Shown here: one piece after another, positions 36,955 to 45,374 of the stretch
How positions within the stretch are numbered: position 1 is the stretch's first letter
Layout: every line of letters begins with the position of its first letter
Origin: Octopus bimaculoides
Taxonomy: Eukaryota
Length of the DNA: 45,374 nt
Reading direction: 5' to 3'
NCBI RefSeq assembly: GCF_001194135.2
Contig: NC_069000.1
Span: forward strand, 8,133,650-8,179,023
The notes under the pieces: model-generated
Told to the model about the DNA's origin: nothing
The model's input: the letters and a program-made list of their open reading frames with translations, nothing else
The model's database searches: none
Made by a program: the position numbers and the translations under genes

Positions 36955-37920
36955 CGTCTGTCGGTCTGTCTGTCGGTCTGTCCGTCCGTCCGTCCGTCCG
37001 TCCGTCCGTCTGTCTGTCTGTTTGTCTACACGCACACACACACATACAGACATATATACATGCATACATATAGTACATAGTCACATATACACATAAGCAG
37101 ATACATACACACATTCATGCATACGTACCTGCATGCGTACATGCATTGAATGCCACATCATGTCATTCGGACAACACCAAGTGAAAAGTAAAGGAGAGAA
37201 TGCGTACAGCATCCGTGTACTGAACAGCAGAGCCGTAGCTAATAGGGGTGCAAGGGGAGCGACTGATCTCCCCAAGCACATTTTTCAAAGTTGGCGGCTT
37301 TTCAACAATTTAAAAAAAAAACTCTATAGAGTTCATTTGTGCAATAAAAGTCGAATCTCTTTTTAATTTTGTTAATTGCATAGCTTTGAAAGAACTTTCT
37401 GGAATCATTACTTTATTTGACCGACCTCCCATGTTTTTGAATTGTATGCTCAATCTCCTGTGATGTGTTGGTCGCCACTGACATTTAATGAACCAAAACA
37501 GACCCTGAGGTCATAACCTCTCGACACTGGACGATCCTGTGGAGTTTCATCTTTTTTCACGCCACACCTATATCTGTAGTTATAAGTCAGTTTCTTATAT
37601 AACGACAGTGTTATTGAATCATGAAATTAATGAATGTAGAATACAATTACGTGTATGTTAGATGAAATTAAGGAGTGGAACGTATAATATCCTGTAATTC
37701 ATGGTCCCAGCAGGCAGACAAAATGGAAAAGCATTGCGTTGGAGGATGGCGAGGAAGACGCGCTGGAACAGTTACTCTGACCCTCAAGGTTCGCACTTAC
37801 GGATAACTATCTCCGCCCCAACACAGTGAGCAAGGGTATGATCCAGGAGTCGGGAAAGCCGGAGGTCTCCCCTTCCACATAAACCTGACCATATCTGTAT
37901 GTGTATATATGTGTGTGTGA

Positions 37921-37959
<39 letters not shown>

Positions 37960-37960
<1 letters not shown>

Positions 37961-38124
37961 GGGAGAATATACGAAAAGACAACAACAGACGAGGACAGGT
38001 GGTGTAAATAACAAAAGGATGTATTAGTATGACGCTCGGGAATACGGAAAGTCTTTGACGTTTCGAGCTACGCTCTTCAACAGAAAGAATACGGAGACAA
38101 GGAGAAAAACACGGAGAAAAAAAA
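37960..38124 (-). mobile_element. Penelope-type terminal fragment carrying a variant hammerhead, abutting (TA)n/(CA)n
   Basis: Contains HHR-3 and ends at a microsatellite; no ORF. Confidence 0.6.
38052..38088 (-). ncRNA. Minimal hammerhead variant with A6U (HHR-3)
   Basis: ucuuu-CUGUUGA-A-GAGC gua GCUC-GAA-ACGU-C-aaaga: perfect 5-bp stem I, 4-bp stem II, palindromic ACGU stem III, GUC triplet. Confidence 0.65.
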
Positions 38125-38563
38125 TTGAATAGTGTTCAGTCAACAGTCAATGCACACATACATAAATACATAATTAGACACACACACACGCATACAAACT
38201 CACACACGCACACGCACACGCACACACACATACACACACACACAATCAGTTTAGTCATTATGGGCATCGGTTTAACACATAAAGAGAACATACAACAGGC
38301 TCATTATTGAGACACCCAGGCGAAAATAAATAATTAAATTTGTAGTGCGATAAATGGATACATAGAATCGTGTGGCTTTCACAGAAAGCTCCTTTGATGG
38401 ATCCGGCTATCATATCACATAGTAATCCAATACAAGGAAGTATAATGCAGAGTTTTATACGGCTGAAATCCAGGAGATTCAATCGATGAAATTATATCGA
38501 TGAAATTATATAAATCAAAAAATGTCACGGGGTGTGAGAGGTATATATATTATTATATAACCA

Positions 38564-38706
38564 CTTGATATCCTTAAGGTTACAGCCGTTTCGCAGCCTA
38601 CATAACGTAATGATATTTTTAGTGCATGTAAAATAATTCATTATACACTGAAATTATTATTACATGATAGAGGCTGAAAAACAGCTGTAATCCTAAGGAT
38701 ACCAAG
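38564..38706. mobile_element. MITE-like palindrome with 36-bp inverted arms
   Basis: cttgatatccttaaggttacagccgtttcgcagcct (38564-38599) versus aggctgaaaaacagctgtaatcctaaggataccaag (38671-38706). Confidence 0.65.
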
Positions 38707-38748
38707 CAATTAAATAAATAATAACAGCAAAAACAGCAGCAGCAACAG

Positions 38749-38800
<52 letters not shown>

Positions 38801-38890
38801 AATAATGATAATTATTATTATTATTTTGGTTTGCTCAGGTTCAGCCTTACTCCTGGTAGGATTTTCGTGGGTAGCAGGTTACTACCCGTA

Positions 38891-38950
38891 ACACATCTCT
38901 GATGTTACACATCTCTGATGTTACACATCTCTGATGTTACACATCTCTGA
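38891..38950. repeat. Perfect 16-bp tandem repeat, 3.75 copies (acacatctctgatgtt)
   Basis: Identical units, directly visible. Confidence 0.95.
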
Positions 38951-39078
38951 GGATTTGACAATAGGTCTTGGTTGTGTAATTTATATTATGTAACTAATAA
39001 TCACGTTATGTTAATAAATTGTACGTAATATGGTCTAGCTAAATATCTTTTAATAATCTCATTTGGTTTGTTTTTGTT

Positions 39079-39111
<33 letters not shown>

Positions 39112-39257
39112 GCATACATACATGCATACATACATGCATACATACATGCATACATACATATGTCTTCTCATGCATGTGTGTGGATGCATGTGCATGTGTG
39201 TGCGCCTGCGTGCGTGTGTATGTGTGTGTGTGTGGTTGTGTGAGAGTGTGTGTGTGT

Positions 39258-39309
<52 letters not shown>

Positions 39310-39591
39310 NNNNNNNNNNGCGTGGTAAATCGTACCGTCTGCATTTCTCAGTTCCTGATTTTCAAACAACAGCAAAGAGAAAACAAAGAAAAAGAAACCC
39401 CCAAATTAAAAATACAAAAATAGTGAAAACATTGAGAAAATATTTAAAGAGAAGCCTCAGATATATTTCTAAGTAAAAAGCTTACGTATGACGGGGATAT
39501 ATAGAAAGATAATAGGGAGGGGTCGGAAAGCGGAGGAAATAGGTGGAAAACGTAAAGGAAGAGAGGCGAGTGAAACAGGGAGAAGGTGAGC

Positions 39592-39656
<65 letters not shown>

Positions 39657-40981
39657 AGAAAGTGAGGGGTGGATAATATGCGACAAGGGGTGAAAAGGTC
39701 TTCAAAAACATAAATTCGTACACGAATTATAATGACTTGATAGTAAATATTTTGGAAATAGTTGAAGTTACTTAAAAGTATATAAATATTCAGCATATGA
39801 TTGTAAATAGCTAAACTGTTTAAGGGACGTAACTCTAATGTAAAATGGAAAAAAACAACAAAAAACAATGGCAGGATTCTTCATTTCCGGGTGCGTGAAA
39901 ATAATCAATAAAGATGAAAAGAAATTGCGGTTAGGATCCAATATTTCGACGAAATCGTTCAATAGATTCCAGTCATTAGGCGGTAATGTGTTACCGCTTA
40001 ATGCTTCGACGCATGTCTGCAAGAATTTAACAATGCGGATTTTCGATCCAATACTTATGGTTCTTGGAATAAAATATAGAATTTCATACTTAAACACAAA
40101 GCACACATAAAGCTTCAGCAGTGGAAGCCATGTTTGTGCATGCTTCCATGTTCTAAGATTACGTAGTATATTTTAAAAGAAGCTGAGAGGGAATCCTTAA
40201 AAAATAGACTTATATAAGTACATGAGAGACCCTTGTTTTCTGAATATCTAAATGAATTCTTGCTAAAAACGCACCTTGAATTTGTTTTTATCGATCTAAA
40301 GTATGTTTTATAGATAGACATATGGTCAGCGCGTGTACTCTTCCCCGGTAAACTAACGCTTTAAGCAGTTAATTTACGTTTAGGGGGCAATTGCTAGAAT
40401 TCTACAATTGCGAGCAGCCAGCGAAACGTTGTTGATATTGAAGAGATTTTTGATTCATAAAGTAATGTTTTTACAAGTAATGATTTTTTAAATATTATTG
40501 CGATGAGGGAAATTGAATAAAGGTTATATCAAAATATTTCTTAGCGATGTTGGTTTTTATATCTAAACTCTATGTTGGATTTAATCACAAGATATTTCTA
40601 GGTCCATTTCTTTTCGAAAAGCCACTATTATGGAACTCCTCGTTATAGCAATGAGAAGTGGAATTAAACGTTGGCTCATCAAACGTTGACTCAACAAAAT
40701 GATCCAACATGAAACTTTTTGAGACTAAATCTGTTGAGATTAAATCTGTTTGTATCTAAGTTTAAATTTATAAAGGTGTACACCATAATTTTTTCAACCT
40801 AAATAATTTTATACGAACTTTATTAAACTTATCCCATTCATGGTGCATATTATATGAAACTAAAAGCCTGTCGTCTCTGTAAAGACCTCTCGTATGCTAC
40901 GAAATATCTTGCGCTGTGTAATAGGGATGTGTGCGTATGCGTATTTGTGTGTGTGTGTGTTTGTCGGTGTGTGTGTGTGTC

Positions 40982-41013
<32 letters not shown>

Positions 41014-42407
41014 CATAATGAAGCATTTGATGTAACTTGACATCATTTAAACCTCCGCACAGAGACATCATACAACTACATACACCTTTGCTTATATATG
41101 CTTTTACACACAATCATACAATCCCTACCACCACTACCACAGTCACGTAAACATAGATTTGCATATTACAAGTATATAAATATCTCTGTTCCATGTGTGA
41201 GTGTGTATCTTTCATTTATTATTGTTTTGTGCGCGTATGTGTATGTGTACATATGTACGTTAATGTATCCATGTGTCAGTGTTTATGCTAGGCATACATA
41301 TACATTCATATACTAGAAGTAAACCAGGAACTTCAGCTCCCCCTTTCTCTGTCTCTGCCTGTCTGTCTGTCTCTCTCTCACACACACACACGCAAATATA
41401 GATATACACACAAGCACACAGATATATACATGCATAGAAACATATACAGAAACGCGCATGTACATAAATTCAGACACAGTCATACACGTAGATACACTGA
41501 TAGATGCAAAGGCATGCAGTTATCAATATCTACACAAAATGCAGGTACACGCACACACACACACACACACACACAAATATGTGCGACACAGATATTCAGA
41601 CACACATCTTTAAATGAATGTGTGTGTGTGTATAGAGACACGTACATACATACACTGCTCCCTCCCCACTCACTAAGATATGTGACACTCAGGATGGCAC
41701 TAAAAGCTAGCAGAAACACTAAACGGATGCTAAGCCTCTGGCAGCATTTGATTTCAGAGTTTCTGATGGTGGAGTGATGGTGGTGGTACCGTAATGGTGA
41801 TGGCAGTGGTGGTGGTGGTGGTGTAGTGGTAGTGGTGATGNNNNNNNNNNNNNNNNNNNNNNNNNNNNNNNNNNNNNNNNNNNNNNNNNNNNNNNNNNNN
41901 NNNNNNNNNNNNNNNNNNNNNNNNNNNNNNNNNNNNNNNNNNNNGTGGTGGTGGTGGTGGCGGCGGCGGCGGCGGTGGATTAGTTGTGGTGGTGTGATGG
42001 CGGCGGTGACGTAGCTGTGGTGGAGGTACTGTGGTGCTAGTGGTAATATAGTGCGGGTGACGGCGGTGTAGTTGTGGTGGAGGTGGTGGTGGTGGTAGAG
42101 GGGTAGTGGTGATGTGGTCGTAGTGGTGGTATAGTGGTGGTGGCGGTAGCATATTGGTGGTGGTGTCAGCGGTAATGTAGTTGCTGTGGTGGTGGTGTTG
42201 TAGCGGCAGTGACAGTTGTGGTGGAGGAAGTGTGTTGCTGATGGTGATAGTGATAGTGGTGGTGGTGGTGGTATTATAAAGGTTGGGGTGGAATGTTGAA
42301 GTCAAGGTGATGCTGGTGGTGCCGATGGAGAGAATGGAAGTGATAGAGATAGATGTGGTTGTGGTGGCGATTATGGAAGAGATAGTTTCACTGTGGTAGC
42401 ATAGCTC

Positions 42408-42470
<63 letters not shown>

Positions 42471-43094
42471 AGAGACAGAGACAGAGCGAGAGGAAGGGAG
42501 AGAAAGTAGGTAAAAAGGGAGGTTGAGGAAGAGGAAAGAAATAAAGCGAAATAAACACAGAGGGGAAATGGAAGAGAGATAAAATAGGAGGTGGTAGGAT
42601 ATATAGAGAGACCGTGAGGAGTAGTTAGATAAAGGAACAGGGGGGGGGGGCGGTTGGTGTGCTGTGTTCAGAGAATCTTCCGGAACTTGGAAAGAGTTTC
42701 TCTTCACTTGCCACTTCCAGCTTCCCTAGACGTGACAAATGTCAATGAGATTCTGCCCAGATTGTTCTAAGAGAGTTCATGTAATCAGGCTAAACTAATG
42801 GAGTTTATAATAAAAGCTTCTGTATAAGACAACCATTTTGTTTTTAATTCTAAAATGTAGCGAAATGGCTACGCATGTAATGCAGCCGTATCACGGATGG
42901 GATGCCATGTGTATGAATGTATGATGAAACATTAAATTTGTTGGGTTTTTTTCCTCACAAAATGTAGAGGTTTGTTTTATGCAAGAGCGCGACTTATTCA
43001 CCGGCAGATACAGATTTTAGTTCCCTAATTTCTAATGGAGTGGCGGTAGAATTAGCTTCTACCGTATTAATAAATGTGGCTCATGAATAAATGA

Positions 43095-43400
43095 AGAGAC
43101 GGTTTCATGTTTCTAAAGATTTAGTCTCGATGAGAAATTAAGCTTCTAAGAGGCCGTTTTAGCAGCTTGGAATGAGGACTGGACAAGATTCACTGTTATT
43201 TAACAGTTCATTAGGATTCACTCACCGCTATTTTTTTTTTCAACCTTTATAGAGAGGCACTTTCATATTTCTATGGATTTAGTCTTGCTGAGAAATTAAG
43301 CCTTTAAGAAGCCTTTTTAGCTGCTTAGAATGAAGAGTGAGCAAAGTTCAACGTAATTTAACAGTTCATTAGGATTCATTCCATTTTTTTTTTATCGTTA
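43095..43400. repeat. Diverged ~158-bp tandem duplication
   Basis: tttcat...gatttagtct...gagaaattaagc...atttaacagttcattaggattca occurs twice (tttcat at 43103 and 43261). Confidence 0.8.
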
Positions 43401-43526
43401 TCGGAAGTCACTTCCAAGATGACCACAAAGAGGCAGCAGTAATACAAGTTTCAATCAGTCCCTTTGTTGGATGTTGTAGACTTTGTTTTGAAATTACAAT
43501 TTTGGAAGTTGATATAACAAGAAATT

Positions 43527-43814
43527 TAAAACCAATTCAAATATGTTTGAGAGAATTTGAACCCATAAAAAAACTATTCACTGCAGTTTGTCTTGGAGGA
43601 AACAAAAAACATCAAACACTATTGTCAACTCAGCTCTTCCTCGATTGGACTGATGGATGCATGCATTTCGAACTCTTCTCATCAGCAGCAGAGAATTTGT
43701 TCTCCATAACAAGCTGCGGTGAAAGCTTTTCAGGGTTCAAATGTCTCTCAAACATATTTGAACTGGTTATAATTTTGTTTACTCTAAGTCATTGCTTTGC
43801 GCATCTACTGACAT
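43527..43814 (-). mobile_element. Penelope-like truncated insertion with inverted arms, a hammerhead and a 15-bp TSD
   Basis: Direct repeat ATATAACAAGAAATT at 43512-43526 and 43815-43829; inverted arms ~43530-43598 and ~43702-43768; HHR-4 lies between them. Confidence 0.7.
43650..43691 (-). ncRNA. Minimal type-I hammerhead ribozyme motif (HHR-4)
   Basis: cugcug-CUGAUGA-GAA gag UUC-GAA-AUGCAUGCAU-C-caucag: canonical core, 10-nt palindromic stem III, AUC triplet, stem I 5 of 6 pairs. Confidence 0.75.
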
Positions 43815-44389
43815 ATATAACAAGAAATTGTCCCAGAAACTGTAAAGCGATCAAGTAAAGACTTTGATGAATTAAGTTTATAATCAATCAGGAAAACAAG
43901 AACAAAAGAACTTCGTGAAGCAAAATATTTGAAGAAAGAAACCAGTGGAGTAGAAACACTTGTAACGAGAGGAGAAGACAACAACAGTGGTGGGATGAGG
44001 ATAAGATGAATGACGAGTCACTTAACCAGTAACGTTAAGAGGAGGAAGAAGAGAAGAATTACGACCCTGGAAGTATTTATAGAGAATAGAGACAATAAAA
44101 TAATGTCTTAACAATGAACAAAGGGTTGAAGTATAACTGCCAAAACAGAACGAGCAATGTTAGTTAGATACGTGTGTGTGGTGGGGAGAAGGAGAGGGTT
44201 GAAGTCGATCAAAGAGAGAAGGAACATCAGTAAAGTCACCAGACCAAATATGACGACTGTATTCCATGCTGGCATTCATTAGAATTTTAGTGTTATTTCT
44301 AGAAAACTGGGTAATAAAAACGCTTTTTAAAGATTAGATTTCAGCTTATTTTTTTACTCGGCCATAAAACGAACGATCTTTTATGGATA

Positions 44390-45374
44390 TTAGAGAATGT
44401 CTATGGCCATCTGACTGTACTTAGTAACTTGAGTTAAAATATGTAAGATGACGAATGCATTTTGAGGGTGGGGAAATGCCAAGCAAGACATAGCAGCTGG
44501 TTTAGCAATAGATTTGATATAAATGTTCCAAGTTAAAGCTAAAAGACAAAGACTCAAAACAGTATCAGATACGGATATAGGAATATTATTAGAGTTTCTG
44601 TAACAATTAATGGAAAATAGTTCTTGCAGAGTTGAAAGAAATGTACCATTCTCTTGAGTACCGGTGACTGAAGAGAATCGTGTATTTCTGCTTGATCCCC
44701 GCCAAAATCTAACTTTCATTCAAGCAAGAATACAAAGGACTATTATCGGCAGAGCTGATAAGGTTAAACATGACATTAATTAAAGAAAAAAATAATAATA
44801 ACATAATAAACCGGAACACGAATAAAATTTTGAGGAACAGCAGGAGAGCTGGAGTAAGGAGATAAGTGATGATTATCTAAAGTAAATTTAGAGCTGCGGC
44901 CATCCAGAAAAGGTTCAATAATCCAAAGGAACTTTCCAGAAATTCTGTGCCTGAAACTAGAGGTGATGGTAACGGAAGATTCTTTCTGGTTGGTTAGTGG
45001 TTTGGGGTTCTGTTGATAAAATCAGTTTTAAGGGAAGTGCAGTTCCAGTTGATTAAATTGAACCTGTCTACGAACCACTGGCAACTTTGGGGCCATAACC
45101 AACAATCTTAACTAGTATGTTTGTGTTGTAACAAGAAAATTGCACAGTAAAAGCACATTTTGAAGATTGGACTTCAACGTACGTGGAGGTACCCAAAAGT
45201 AAACGGAAATATTCTCTGTGAGAAAGGCCTTTGTAGTTCAGACTTCCGCTGCTAGAAGCCACTTGATGCGATCTTCAGACATCAATCTGCCGACCGGTGT
45301 CATTGAGTCGAGTCAGCCTGTCAAGTGGAGTGCCTTTGTTTTGCAATGCTTCTCACTTGTTCGTCGATTTTTGC
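44390..45374 (-). mobile_element. Degenerate CR1/L2/Jockey-type LINE reverse-transcriptase fragment
   Basis: FLDGRSSKFTLDNHHLSPYSSSPAVPQ (cf. FLxxRxxxVxxxxxxSxxxxxxxGVPQGS), REWYISFNSART and LTWNIYIKSIAK, with frameshifts. The boundary at the window end is uncertain. Confidence 0.65.

Noticed and set aside
39336-39354. 19-nt minus-strand mini-exon (ELRNAD) after a long pyrimidine tract
   Set aside because: Weak donor (gtacga), not frame-preserving, and no compatible partner exon identified.
41754-42707. 317-aa Pro/Thr-rich ORF
   Set aside because: (GGT)n/(GA)n simple repeats spanning a gap; no splice or homology support.

Overview
Eukaryotic, AT-rich, microsatellite-saturated scaffold with many N gaps. 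The repeat landscape (tRNA-derived SINEs with (CA)n/(TA)n interiors, RTE LINE debris, Penelope-type ends) is typical of a coleoid cephalopod, probably Octopus; this is inferred, not verified. Nearly every ORF in the supplied track is a microsatellite or gap artefact. One coding exon is well supported: minus strand 20324-20657, encoding the cytoplasmic N-terminus of a voltage-gated sodium channel of the Nav2 (DSC1/NaCP60E-like) type. A probable first coding exon ends at 23964, and a few small exons are possible, including a 12-nt microexon candidate. The rest is intron or upstream sequence filled with SINEs, LINE fragments (RTE, CR1-like, R4/Dong-like, L1/Tx1-like), a mariner MITE and minisatellites. 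The most unusual signal is four different minimal type-I hammerhead-ribozyme (HHR) motifs with palindromic stem III. One of them is the 3' tail of a tRNA-headed SINE-like element that folds back on itself as a long hairpin. All motif and homology calls were made by eye; no searches or folding were run.
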